NCBI GenBank assembly: GCA_964648865.1
Contig: CAZYLV010000001.1
Location: 18,476-82,475, forward strand
Origin: an uncultured Gammaproteobacteria bacterium
GTDB taxonomy: Bacteria; Patescibacteriota; Patescibacteriia; 2-12-FULL-57-11
Direction of reading: 5' to 3'
Length of the DNA: 64,000 bases
Shown here in pieces: positions 31,244 to 41,238 of this stretch. Below the pieces are notes generated by a model. That model saw nothing but the letters and a program-made list of their open reading frames with translations. It was not told the DNA's origin and did not search any database. Every line of letters begins with the position of its first letter. The stretch's first letter is position 1. The translations under genes were made by a program, and so were the position numbers.

Positions 31244-32749
31244 TCATTTGAACTCCAGGTCGATGTGGTCGGCGAGGTTCGGCAACCGCTTGAGCCAGGC
31301 CGGCGTGACATCGATTTCGGCGTCGGAGACGCCGTCTGCGGACTCGAGCTGCGCTTCGGCCTCCTCGAGCGACAGGCCCGTGAGCCGCTCGCGGTCGAAG
31401 GCCTCGCTGGATTCCTTGAGGGCCGACTCGCCATGGGCCGTGACCGAGAGCGTGGCGCTCTTGGACGCCAGGTCGCTGCCGGCGAGCGTCACCTCCAGGC
31501 GCTCGGCATCGAGCCGGACGATCTCCTTGTCCTCGGGCGCGGCGGCACGCAGCTGCGCCTCGGCGACGCGCGCCAGGGCGTCCTTCTCGTAGAAGACGGC
31601 CTCGACATGCACGGCCACGGTGACGTCAAAGACATCCTGCTGCTCGCCGACCGCGGCCGTGGTCTCGCGGCGGACGATCGATTCCTTGAAGAACACGCCG
31701 CTGCCGACCTCCGGCCGGGAGAGCAGCGCCTTGAGCTTGTCGGCGGCCTCCGCCGCGACTTCCTTGGCTGCCGCGGCGTACGCGGCGTCGAGCTCCTCCT
31801 GGGTGACGATCGAGACCTCGCGGGCGCCGCCGGTCATGCTGGCGGTCGACACGGCGTACGTCAGCTCCTGCAGCGACGCCGGCAGGCCGGGGATGGTGAA
31901 GCGCGTCGGGTCGATGTCGCCGCCGGCGCCGGGCTGGTCGGCGCAGGCCCGCGTCTCGAGCCGGCCGTCGGCGGGCACGGAGACGGTGCTCTCGAGGCGG
32001 AAGAGCACGCCATCCGGGGAGAGCAGCCGCGTGGTGGCCACGAGCGCCTGGGTGCGGGATTGGGTATTGATGATGGTCACCGCGCCGCAGGCCTTGCCTT
32101 CCACCAGCCGTTTCTCGCCGGATGCCTGCACGGTGCGGGTGCCTTCGACGACCGTCTCGAGCACCGCGCCAGGCACGGCCTCGGCGTCGGCCGGCTCCGG
32201 GGAGACGGTCACGGTGAAGGCCGTGGACACAGGCAGCGGCGCGCGGGTCACGACGACCGTGGCGCGGGTGAAGGACAGGTAGAGGACGAAACCGAGCAGG
32301 AGGATGGCCAGGCCGATGAACGTCGTGGCCAACTTGCGGTACAGGGAAAGATGCACGGCCGGGCGCGGCGTGCGGCGCGGTTGGGAAAAGCGCGAGGGTC
32401 CGCCCTGCGACGGCGCCGCGGCGGGAGACGCCGCGCTCGGGCGGGGCTCGGCGTGGTCGATGGACATGTCGTGCGCCTCGGCCGCGGGCCGGATGGCCAA
32501 CGTCGCCGGACGCGCGGCGTCGACGTCGAGCGGCACGCGCTGTTCCTCCGGCACCACCGCCGGCGGCGGCACGAAACCGGCCGGAGGCACGGAGACCTCA
32601 TGCGGCGTCTCGGCGGAAAGCAGCGCCTCAAGCTCCGGCGCCAACGGCTTGGCCTCGGGCGACGGCGCGGGCGGCGGAGGCGGCGCGGCAGCCTTAGGCT
32701 TGCGCGCCGTGGCCTTTTTCTTTCCGCTCGGCTTCTTCTTCGTGGGCAT
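31244..32749 (-). CDS. Hypothetical membrane-anchored protein: Lys/Pro-rich N-terminus, one TM helix, large extracytoplasmic domain.
   Basis: ATG at 32749 preceded by a GGAGGA SD and a TGGTATAGT extended -10 (32779-32787, minus strand). Confidence 0.5.
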   Translation of the reverse strand: MPTKKKPSGKKKATARKPKAAAPPPPPAPSPEAKPLAPELEALLSAETPHEVSVPPAGFVPPPAVVPEEQRVPLDVDAARPATLAIRPAAEAHDMSIDHAEPRPSAASPAAAPSQGGPSRFSQPRRTPRPAVHLSLYRKLATTFIGLAILLLGFVLYLSFTRATVVVTRAPLPVSTAFTVTVSPEPADAEAVPGAVLETVVEGTRTVQASGEKRLVEGKACGAVTIINTQSRTQALVATTRLLSPDGVLFRLESTVSVPADGRLETRACADQPGAGGDIDPTRFTIPGLPASLQELTYAVSTASMTGGAREVSIVTQEELDAAYAAAAKEVAAEAADKLKALLSRPEVGSGVFFKESIVRRETTAAVGEQQDVFDVTVAVHVEAVFYEKDALARVAEAQLRAAAPEDKEIVRLDAERLEVTLAGSDLASKSATLSVTAHGESALKESSEAFDRERLTGLSLEEAEAQLESADGVSDAEIDVTPAWLKRLPNLADHIDLEFK

Positions 32750-32795
32750 AGTCCTCCATCCCCTCAAATGTCCTCCCTACTATACCACATCGCGT

Positions 32796-35700
32796 TCAAG
32801 AACCCACGATACGCGCGCCGCCGATGCCGGGCAATGCGCAGATGCGGCCGGCGACGACGGGGCTCCAGCCGATGCGGAACTGCGTCTCGATCCGTTTGGG
32901 ACGCTCGCCGGCGCCGACCTCGAGGTAGACCTGCAGGCCGCCAGGCGATTCCTCGAAGACCTTCTTCAGCGCCTCGGCGAGCTCAGGCGTCGGCGCCTCA
33001 GGCAAGGCGATGGTCACGCTCGGTCCGGCGTCGGGCAACGGACGGGGTGCGGCATCGCGCTCGCGCGGAGCCTGCGGCGGCGGCGAAGCGCTCGGCCGCT
33101 CCCCGGGCAGGAAGGCGCCGGAGCGCAACGCGGCCACGGCCTGGCGGACCGTCTCGGGCCTGACCACGATGGCCCGGTTGGCCAGGAAGCGCAGCTCGTC
33201 ATCCTTGTCCGAGATCTTGCCGGAGACGACGAGCGACGCGTCCGGCGCCCAGAGGACGCTGTCGGCGGCGTAGACGCGCGGGAAGACGACGATCTCGACG
33301 GTGCCGGACTCGTCCTCGATGCGCACGAAGAGCATCGTCTCGCCGTTCTTCGTGGTGATGCGCTTGGGTTCCTGGAGCGTGCCGCCGATGACGGCGAAGC
33401 CGCCCTTCTTGATGCCGGACAGCTTGGCGATCGGCAGGAGGTCGCCGCCCGCGGCCGCGGCCGTCTCGCGGAAGGGGTGCTCCGAGACGTAGATGCCGAG
33501 CAGCTCCTTCTCCCAGGTGAGCACCTCCTTGCGCGAGGCCGGTGGCGCCTCCTTGAGCCGCACGCGCTCCTCACCCAACCCGGCGGCGCCGAAGAGCGAG
33601 GCCTGGTTGCTGGCGGCCCGCGCGGCGGCGTCCTTGTTGAAGCCGGTCAGCTCCTCGAGGTTGGCCAGGATGGCGGCCCGCTCGCCCAGGCCGTCGAGGG
33701 CGCCGGACTTGGCCAGCGCCTCGAGCGCCTTCTTGTTGAAGACCTTGGTCGGCAGGCGGCGCGCAAGGTCGGTAAGGTCGCGGAACGGCCCGCCCGCCTT
33801 GCGTTCGGCGATGAGCGCGGCCACGGTGTCCGAACCCAGGTTCTTGATGGCATTGAGGCCGAAGCGCACGTGCGTGTCGTCGATGTAGGTGAAGGTGGCC
33901 AGGGACGAGTTGACGTCCGGCGGCAGCACGGTGATCCCCATCTTGCCGCACTCGGCGATGGCCGCGGCGACCGTCGGGATGTCGCCGGACTCGTTGGTCA
34001 TCACCGCGGCCATGTACTCGGCCGGATAATTGGCCTTCATGTAGGCCGTCTGGTAGGCGATGATGGCGTAGGAGGCGGCGTGGGCCTTGTTGAAGCCGTA
34101 GGCGGCGAACGGCTCGATGAGCTTCCAGAGCTCGAGCGCCTTGTCCTCGGTCATGCCGCCCGTGACGCACCCGGCCAGGAACTTCTCCTTCTGCGCGGCC
34201 ATCTCCTTGGGGATCTTCTTGCCCATGGCCTTGCGCAGCTTGTCGGCCTCGGCCCAGTCGTATCCCGCGAGATGGATGGCGATGAGCAGCACGTCGTCCT
34301 GGTAGGTGATGATGCCGTAACTCATGGAGAGGATCTCCTTCATCCGCGGGTCGAGCACGCGCACCAGCCGCGGGTTGCGCTTGCGGCGGATGTACTCGGG
34401 GATGGATTCGATCGGGCCCGGGCGGTAGAGCGCCACCATGGCCATGATGTCGAAGATCGTGGCCGGCTGCAGCTCCACCACGTACTTGGTCATCCCTTCT
34501 CCCCCGAGCTGGAAGAGCCCGGTGGTCTGGCCCCGGGCGAGAAGCTCGTAGGTCTTCTTGTCGTCAAGCGGCAGGTCGAGCAGGTCGACCTCCGCGCCTT
34601 TGGTCTTCTTCACGATCTCCACGGCCGTGGCCAGGATGGAGAGGTTGCGGATGCCGAGGAAGTCCATCTTGAGGATGCCGGCCTGCTCGCAGGCGTGCAT
34701 CTCGTACTGGGTGATGACGCTCTCCCCGCCCGCTTCCTTCTGGAGCGGGATCCACTCCGTGAGCGGTCCGGGCGCGATGACCACGCCGGCGGCGTGCACG
34801 GAGACGTGGCGCGCGCAGCCTTCGATCTTCTGCGCCAGATCGATGACCCGCTTCACGTCCGGTTCGGTGTCGTAGGCCTGGCGGAGCTCCGGCGTCTCCT
34901 TGAGCGCCCGGGCGATGGTCATGTGGAAGCCCTGCGAACCCATGGGGATCATCTTGGCGATGCGGTCGGCGAAGCCGTACGGGTAGCCGAGCGCCCGGGC
35001 CACGTCGCGCACAGAGCCGCGCGCCGCCATGGTGCCGAAGGTGCAGATCTGGGCCACGCGGTCGGCGCCGTACTTGTCCTTGACGTACTGGAGCACCTGG
35101 TCGCGCTTGGCGTCCGCGAAGTCCATGTCGATATCGGGCGGCGACGGACGGAAGGGGTTCAGGAACCGCTCGAAGGGCAGCTTGTAGGCCAACGGGTCGA
35201 CCGTGGTGATGCCGATGGCGTAGGAGACCACGGAGCCCGCGGCCGAGCCGCGGGTGGTGGAGATGATACCCTGGCTGCGCGCCCACTTGGTGTAGTCGGC
35301 GACGACCAGGAAATAGGTGGCGTAGCCCTTGGTCTTGATGATGTCGAGCTCGTAGGCGAAACGCGTCTCGTACTCGGGGGTGAGCTGCCCCTTGGCGCGC
35401 AGTCCCTCGACGACCTGGGCGCGCAGGAAGTCGTCGGCCGTCATGCCGTCCGGGATCGGGAACTGGGGGAAGGTCCATTTGCCGAGCTCGAGGGCCACGG
35501 CGCAACGGTCGGCGATGCGCGCGGTGTTCTCGATGGCGTCGGGCCGGTGCGCGAAGGCCCGCGCCATGTCCTCCGCCGAGGCCAGCGAGTAGTCGGCGTC
35601 GCGCATCGAGAAGCGCGTCGGGTCGTCGAGCGTCTTGCCCGTGCCGATGGCGAGCAGCACGTCCTGTGCCTCGCGGTCCTCGGCGTGGATGTAGTGGCAG

Positions 35701-36317
35701 TCCTTGGTGGCGACGACCGGCACCGAGAGGCGGTCGGCCAATGCCAGCAGCTGGGTATTGCGGTCCACCTGCTCCGGGAGCTCCGGGTGGTCCTGGACTT
35801 CGATGAAGAAACCGTCCTTCCCGAAGATGTCCTGATAGGTGCGCACCAGTCCCTCGGCCTTGGGCTCATCCCCGGCCTCGAGCGCCCGGGCGATCTGCCC
35901 GTTGAGGCAGCCGGAGAGCGCGATGATGCCCTCGGCGTGCTTCCGCAGCAGCTCCAGGTCGACGCGCGGCTTGTAATAGAAGCCGTCGAGGTAGGCGGCC
36001 GAGGTCAGGGCGATGAGGTTCTTGTAGCCGACGAGGTTCTCGGCCAGCAGCGTGACGTGGTAGGCGCGGTCGTCGACGCGCGCCGCCTTGTCCTGCATGC
36101 CGCGAGGCGCCACGTAGGCCTCCATGCCGAGGATGGGCTTGATGCCTTGCTTCTGGCATTCCTCGTAGAACTCGATGATGCCGTACATCGCCCCGTGGTC
36201 GGTGAGGGCCAAAGCGTCCATGCCCAATTCCTTGGCCCGGGCCACGAGCTCGGAGATCTTCCCGAGGCCGTCCAGGAGCGAATAGTGGGAGTGGACGTGG
36301 AGGTGGACGAAGCGCAT
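32796..36317 (-). CDS. dnaE: DNA polymerase III alpha subunit.
   Basis: PHP domain (HLHVHSHYSLLDG), polymerase core and OB domain. 1173 aa. Confidence 0.95.
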   Translation of the reverse strand: MRFVHLHVHSHYSLLDGLGKISELVARAKELGMDALALTDHGAMYGIIEFYEECQKQGIKPILGMEAYVAPRGMQDKAARVDDRAYHVTLLAENLVGYKNLIALTSAAYLDGFYYKPRVDLELLRKHAEGIIALSGCLNGQIARALEAGDEPKAEGLVRTYQDIFGKDGFFIEVQDHPELPEQVDRNTQLLALADRLSVPVVATKDCHYIHAEDREAQDVLLAIGTGKTLDDPTRFSMRDADYSLASAEDMARAFAHRPDAIENTARIADRCAVALELGKWTFPQFPIPDGMTADDFLRAQVVEGLRAKGQLTPEYETRFAYELDIIKTKGYATYFLVVADYTKWARSQGIISTTRGSAAGSVVSYAIGITTVDPLAYKLPFERFLNPFRPSPPDIDMDFADAKRDQVLQYVKDKYGADRVAQICTFGTMAARGSVRDVARALGYPYGFADRIAKMIPMGSQGFHMTIARALKETPELRQAYDTEPDVKRVIDLAQKIEGCARHVSVHAAGVVIAPGPLTEWIPLQKEAGGESVITQYEMHACEQAGILKMDFLGIRNLSILATAVEIVKKTKGAEVDLLDLPLDDKKTYELLARGQTTGLFQLGGEGMTKYVVELQPATIFDIMAMVALYRPGPIESIPEYIRRKRNPRLVRVLDPRMKEILSMSYGIITYQDDVLLIAIHLAGYDWAEADKLRKAMGKKIPKEMAAQKEKFLAGCVTGGMTEDKALELWKLIEPFAAYGFNKAHAASYAIIAYQTAYMKANYPAEYMAAVMTNESGDIPTVAAAIAECGKMGITVLPPDVNSSLATFTYIDDTHVRFGLNAIKNLGSDTVAALIAERKAGGPFRDLTDLARRLPTKVFNKKALEALAKSGALDGLGERAAILANLEELTGFNKDAAARAASNQASLFGAAGLGEERVRLKEAPPASRKEVLTWEKELLGIYVSEHPFRETAAAAGGDLLPIAKLSGIKKGGFAVIGGTLQEPKRITTKNGETMLFVRIEDESGTVEIVVFPRVYAADSVLWAPDASLVVSGKISDKDDELRFLANRAIVVRPETVRQAVAALRSGAFLPGERPSASPPPQAPRERDAAPRPLPDAGPSVTIALPEAPTPELAEALKKVFEESPGGLQVYLEVGAGERPKRIETQFRIGWSPVVAGRICALPGIGGARIVGS

Positions 36318-36405
36318 GGTGCCGGCATCTTACCGGCACGCTTCCGCCGACGGCAACCTTGACGGCGGACGCGTGCCGTGCCTACCGTGGCGGCGGAGGT
36401 ATGGC

Positions 36406-36990
36406 ATGGATTTTCTCCCGTGCGCGCTCTGCGACATCGACGCCGGTATGCCCGTCCCCGGCGGCATCCTGCTCGAGCGGGACACGTGGTGCGCGGTCCA
36501 TCTGCCGCCGCCGCGGAGCGCCCCGCGCTGTCTGGTCCTCTTCCCCCGCCGGCACGTCCTGCGGACGGAGGACCTCGACGAGGGCGAACGGCTCGGGCTG
36601 CTCGGCATCCAGGCGGACGTCCGCGCGCTCCTGGCCGCGGCGTTCGACGACGACACGCACTTCCGTCAGGAGGACCTGATGCTCGGGCATCTCTGCTGGC
36701 TGGCCTGGCGTGCCGGCGACGGGACGGACGTCCGCGGTCGGTTCAGGGCCTACGGCGAGGCCGAGGTGACCGCCTGGGCGGAGCCGCTGCGGGACGTCGC
36801 GGCCGTGGTCCGGCTCCTCGCCCACGGCGGACGCCTGCCCCCGCCGGCACCGCTGCCGGGGGACGCCCAACGCCTGCTGCTGACCCGCAGCCCCCTGGCG
36901 CGCTACTGCTCCCTGTGCGGGAACCGCCTGCACACCCAGGACCACCGCGATGCCCGCTGCCGCACCTGCGGCAAGAGCATCCCGCCGTAA
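36406..36990 (+). CDS. Hypothetical HIT-like protein with a C-terminal zinc ribbon.
   Basis: MDFLPCALCDI... then CSLCGN...CRTCG. GGAGG SD 6 nt before the ATG. Confidence 0.4.
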   Translation: MDFLPCALCDIDAGMPVPGGILLERDTWCAVHLPPPRSAPRCLVLFPRRHVLRTEDLDEGERLGLLGIQADVRALLAAAFDDDTHFRQEDLMLGHLCWLAWRAGDGTDVRGRFRAYGEAEVTAWAEPLRDVAAVVRLLAHGGRLPPPAPLPGDAQRLLLTRSPLARYCSLCGNRLHTQDHRDARCRTCGKSIPP

Positions 36991-37037
36991 CGAACGGCGT
37001 CCCGCAACGCGGGACGCCTTTTTCCATGCGGTCGAAG

Positions 37038-37337
37038 TCAGCGACGGCGCTTCTCCTCGCGGCGTTCCTCCCGCCGCTCCATGATGTAGCCGACCGCCGT
37101 CTTGATGCCCTCCCCGATCATCGGGGCGATGTTGAACAGGGATTCCGCCTTCTCGCCGACGCCCTTGATGAACGCCTCGAGGCGGTCCAAGCGCTCCCGG
37201 GTCTCATGCACCATGATGCGGATGTCGCGGAGCATCATGATGATGTAGTACATCATCCACGCCAAGAACACCGACACCAACACCACCGCGAAGGCGATGG
37301 ACAGCCAGAGGATGTCTTGGGACGTCTCGATGATCAT
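37038..37337 (-). CDS. Small membrane protein (DUF948-like topology).
   Basis: N-terminal TM helix and C-terminal basic tail. Confidence 0.5.
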   Translation of the reverse strand: MIIETSQDILWLSIAFAVVLVSVFLAWMMYYIIMMLRDIRIMVHETRERLDRLEAFIKGVGEKAESLFNIAPMIGEGIKTAVGYIMERREERREEKRRR

Positions 37338-37373
37338 GTGCGGGACCGGGGTGCCTCTTCCGCGGGCACTATA

Positions 37374-39800
37374 TCACGCGCGCAACTCCGCGGCGAAGGC
37401 GCGGGTGTGGGTAAGCGCCGCGACCACGGCGGCGTGCGCCTCGTCGGCCTCCGCCGCGGTCAGCGTCCGGTCGGCGGCGCGATAGACGACGTGGTAGGCG
37501 ACGCTCTTCTTGCCGGCGGGCACGCCCTTGCCGCGGAAGACATCGAAGAGCGTGACTTCGGCCACCAGCGGATGCGCGCCGCGGATGGCGGCGGCGAGCG
37601 CCTCGTGCGTGGCCCGCGCCGCGACGAAGGCGGCCACGTCGCGCTTGACGCCCGGATAGAGCGGCGGCGGCGCGTAGGACGGCACGGCCGGTCGCGCCAG
37701 GAGCGCTGCGGGGTCGAGGGCGACGACGGCCACGCGGGCCTCGATCCCGAAACGCGAGAGGATGGCCGGATGGACCTCGGCGATGCTGCCCGCGGGTGTC
37801 TCGCCGAGCAGCACGTCGGCGCGCCGCCCGGGGTGGCTCACCTTCTCGGGCCAGGCGCTCGCCCGCCCTGCGACGACGACGTGATCCGCGGCGAACGTCC
37901 GACAGAGATGCTCGGCCGCGCCCTTGGCGCGCAGGAACTGCTCGCCGTCGGGCGAGGCGCCCCAGCAAGCCAGCAGCAAGCGGGGCTCTTCCTTGGGCAA
38001 GCCGTCTCCCTGCGGCAGATAGACGTTGGCCAGCTCGAAGAGCGCGGCCTCGGGCCAGGCCTCCTGGTTGTCGGCGACGACCTGGAGCATCGAGGGCAGC
38101 AGGTCGGTGCGCAGCTCGGCCAGATCGGCCGTGAGCGGGTTGGCGATCCGCGCGGCGGGCGCATCCATGCCGGCCTTGGCGCGCAGCGCGGCGGAGACCA
38201 TCGAATAGCTCATGGTCTCCGTCCAGCCGGCGCCGCGCAGCGACGCCTTGATGCGGTCCTCGAGCAGCAGCAAGGGGTCCTCGGGACGCAGCGGCGGCGC
38301 GCCGGGCGGCAGTACGGACGGCAGGTTGTGATAGCCCCAGACGCGGGCCACCTCCTCGACCAGGTCGCGCTCACCCTCGATGTCGCGGTCCCGCCACCAC
38401 GGCACGGTCACGGTGATGCTCGCGCCGCGGCCTTTGACGGTGCAGCCGAGCGCGGCGAGGATGGAGATCTGCTTGGCGGCCGGCACCGGCGCGCCGATGA
38501 GCGCCGCGGCCTTGGCGGGACGGTAGGCGAAACTCGGCGCTTTGTAGGGCCTCTCGCGCACGTCCTTGGGCTTGCCGGCGACGCGGCCGCCGGCAAGCTC
38601 CACGATGAGCCGTGCCGCGCGCGCCAGGGCCGGTGCGGTCCCCTCGGGGGACAGGCCTTTCTCGAAACGCAGCGAGGAGTCGGAATGCAGGTTGAGCGCC
38701 CGGGCCGTGCGGCGCACCGAGACCGGATCGAAGGTCGCCGCCTCGAGCACCACGGCCGTGGTCTTGGCGCCGACCCCGGTTGCCTCCCCGCCCATGATGC
38801 CGGCCACGGCCACCGGTCGCGCGCGGTCGGCGATGACCAGCTCCCCGCCGGCGAAGGCGTAGCTGCCGCCGTCGAGCGCGGCGATGGTCTCCTTGGGCTT
38901 GGCGGCGCGCACCACGACGGCGCGGTCCTCGAGCGCGTGGTAATCGAAGGCGTGCAGCGGCTGGCCGAGCTCGAGCATGACGTAATTCGTGGCGTCGACG
39001 ACGTTGGAGATGGAACGGATGCCGGCTTGGGCCAGGCGGCGACGCAGCCACCACGGCGAGGGACCGACAATGACGCCGTCGATGACGAGCGCCTGGTAGC
39101 GCGGGCAGAGCCCTTTGGCCTCGACCTCCACGCTGAGCGGCAGCGCGTCCTTGGCGGGCGTCGGCGGCAGGGCCGTGGCCTCGGCCAGGCGGCGCTGCTG
39201 GAACTTGGCGCCGACCACGGCAGCGGCCTCGCGGGCCATCCCGACCACGGACAGGGCGTCCGGCCGGTTGGTGGTCACTTCGATGTCGAAGATGACGTCG
39301 TCGTAACCGAGCGCCTCGGCGAGCGGCGTGCCGGCCGCGGCCTTCTCGAGGAAGGACAGGTCGAGGATCTCCCGCTCCCCCGCCGCGGGAAAGACGTCCG
39401 CCAGGCCGATCTCGTCCGCCGCGGCGATCATCCCGAAGCTCTTGACCCCGCGGATTTCCGCCTCGCCGAGCGCGATGGGATCGCCCTGGCCGTGCCAGCG
39501 CACGCGGCTGCCCACCTTGGCCACGGCGACCTTCTGGCCGACGGCGAGGTTGGACCCGCCGCAGACGATCTCGAGCAACTCCTTGCCGACATCGACGATG
39601 GTCACCTGGAGCCGGTTGGCGTTGGGGTGCGGCCTGAGCTCAGCGATGCGGCCGACGACGACATGCTCGAGCTGCGCCGCCAGGCGGCGGATACGCTCCA
39701 CGGCCGGACCGGAGAGCGAGAGCTTGCGCGCGAAGTCCTCCGGCGCGAGGTCGGTCTTGGCGTACTCCTTGAGCCAGTTGTAGGAGAGGAGGAAGTTCAT
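37374..39800 (-). CDS. pheT: Phenylalanine--tRNA ligase beta subunit.
   Basis: MNFLLSYNWLKEY..., B3/4, B5 and FDX-ACB domains. 808 aa. Confidence 0.9.
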   Translation of the reverse strand: MNFLLSYNWLKEYAKTDLAPEDFARKLSLSGPAVERIRRLAAQLEHVVVGRIAELRPHPNANRLQVTIVDVGKELLEIVCGGSNLAVGQKVAVAKVGSRVRWHGQGDPIALGEAEIRGVKSFGMIAAADEIGLADVFPAAGEREILDLSFLEKAAAGTPLAEALGYDDVIFDIEVTTNRPDALSVVGMAREAAAVVGAKFQQRRLAEATALPPTPAKDALPLSVEVEAKGLCPRYQALVIDGVIVGPSPWWLRRRLAQAGIRSISNVVDATNYVMLELGQPLHAFDYHALEDRAVVVRAAKPKETIAALDGGSYAFAGGELVIADRARPVAVAGIMGGEATGVGAKTTAVVLEAATFDPVSVRRTARALNLHSDSSLRFEKGLSPEGTAPALARAARLIVELAGGRVAGKPKDVRERPYKAPSFAYRPAKAAALIGAPVPAAKQISILAALGCTVKGRGASITVTVPWWRDRDIEGERDLVEEVARVWGYHNLPSVLPPGAPPLRPEDPLLLLEDRIKASLRGAGWTETMSYSMVSAALRAKAGMDAPAARIANPLTADLAELRTDLLPSMLQVVADNQEAWPEAALFELANVYLPQGDGLPKEEPRLLLACWGASPDGEQFLRAKGAAEHLCRTFAADHVVVAGRASAWPEKVSHPGRRADVLLGETPAGSIAEVHPAILSRFGIEARVAVVALDPAALLARPAVPSYAPPPLYPGVKRDVAAFVAARATHEALAAAIRGAHPLVAEVTLFDVFRGKGVPAGKKSVAYHVVYRAADRTLTAAEADEAHAAVVAALTHTRAFAAELRA

Positions 39801-40129
39801 GCCTTGAGGTTCACGAGGACCACGGCGACGAGCGCCAGACCCACCCCGATCCAGTTGACCGGCGAGAGCCGCTCATGCAGCACCAGCACGCCCAGGAGCG
39901 GGGTGATGATGAGCGCGAAGAGGCCGAGGAAGATGGTGGTCCGGGAGAGGTCGTAGCGGGAGAGCGCGTACCAGTGCACCATCATGCCGATGACGCCGAT
40001 GGCCGAGACCGCGAGGAAGCGCGGATTGGCGAGCGCCGCCGGGAAGGCGATGTCGCGGAAGACGATCTTCTTGAGCAGGTCGGAGAGGCTGTAGAAGGCC
40101 TGCGCGACCAGGATGAGCAGCGGATACAT
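39797..40129 (-). CDS. Small EamA/DMT-like 4-TM membrane protein inserted between pheS and pheT.
   Basis: Starts MYPLLILVAQAFYSLSDLLKK. ATGA overlap with pheT. One nt separates it from the pheS stop. Confidence 0.5.
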   Translation of the reverse strand: MYPLLILVAQAFYSLSDLLKKIVFRDIAFPAALANPRFLAVSAIGVIGMMVHWYALSRYDLSRTTIFLGLFALIITPLLGVLVLHERLSPVNWIGVGLALVAVVLVNLKA

Positions 40130-40130
40130 A

Positions 40131-41198
40131 TCAGAACTGCCGCAAGAAACCGAGCTCGTTCCTGTAGAGCACGCGGATGTCGTCGATGCGGACACCGGCC
40201 TTCATCATGAAGGTGCGCTCCAGGCCCCAGCCGAAGGCGAAGCCGCCCCACTCCTCGGGATCGACGCCCGTGGCCTTGAGCACGTTGGGGTGCACCATGC
40301 CGGCGCCGCCGAGTTCGACCCACCCCTGCTTGCACAGCCGGCAGACGGATCCGTCCGCGAGCAGCCCCGTACCGCCGCAGATGCCGCAGGAGATGTCGAC
40401 TTCGAAGGAGGGCTCGGTGAAGCGGAAGTGGAAGGGGCGCAGGCGCGTCCGCCGCTCCGGGCCGAAATACGCCTTGGCGAAGTGGTCGAGCACGCCTTTG
40501 AGGTGGGTGATGCTGATGCCCTTGTCGATGACCAACCCTTCGAACTGATAGAACATCGGCACGTGCGAGACGTCGGACTGCCGGCGGTAGCACTTGGAGA
40601 TGTTGATCATGCGGATCGGCAGCTCCTTGCGCTCGAGCTCATGGATCTGGCCGTTCGACGTATGCGGAGTGAGGACGACCTTGCCCTTGTCCCCCGCCGG
40701 AAGATCCACGAAGAAGGTCTCCCACTCGTCGCGGGCCGGATGATCCGGCGGCATGTTGAGCGCCTCGAAGGCGTACCAGTCCCAGTCGACCTCGGGGTAA
40801 CGCACGCGCGTGAAGCCGAGCCGCCGGAAGATGCCGACGATCTCCTGGATGGCCTGCGTGCTGAGGTGGAGATGCCCCTCGGGCACCGGCGTCCCCGGCG
40901 CGGTGACGTCGATCCACTCGGTGTCCGCCAACGCCGCGGCCGCGGCCAGCGTGAAGCCCGCCTCCTTGCGGGCGATCTCCTTTTCGACGTCGGCCTTGAT
41001 GCGGTTGGCCATCTCGCCGGCGGCCTTGCGCTCCTTCTCCGGCAGGGCGGCGATCTCCTTGAGGCGTGTCGTCAGCTCGCCCTTGCGACCGAGGTAGTGC
41101 ACCTGGACGCGATCAAGCTCGGCCGCGTCGGAGGCGGCGAGCACGTCTTTGACGGCGGCGGTGCGGAGTTTCTCGAGCGCCTCGCGCAGCGTGGGCAT
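40131..41198 (-). CDS. pheS: Phenylalanine--tRNA ligase alpha subunit.
   Basis: Class II motifs (FRFTEPSFEVD, GFAFGWGLER). Confidence 0.9.
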   Translation of the reverse strand: MPTLREALEKLRTAAVKDVLAASDAAELDRVQVHYLGRKGELTTRLKEIAALPEKERKAAGEMANRIKADVEKEIARKEAGFTLAAAAALADTEWIDVTAPGTPVPEGHLHLSTQAIQEIVGIFRRLGFTRVRYPEVDWDWYAFEALNMPPDHPARDEWETFFVDLPAGDKGKVVLTPHTSNGQIHELERKELPIRMINISKCYRRQSDVSHVPMFYQFEGLVIDKGISITHLKGVLDHFAKAYFGPERRTRLRPFHFRFTEPSFEVDISCGICGGTGLLADGSVCRLCKQGWVELGGAGMVHPNVLKATGVDPEEWGGFAFGWGLERTFMMKAGVRIDDIRVLYRNELGFLRQF

Positions 41199-41238
41199 AA
41201 CGCAGATACTCTACGGAAAACCGGGGTCGGAAGCAACG

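Noticed and set aside
29318-36362. Very long ORFs of 1281 and 1352 aa antisense to thrS and dnaE.
   Set aside because: They are antisense to conserved housekeeping genes with clear motifs, and their composition is typical of high-GC shadow ORFs.
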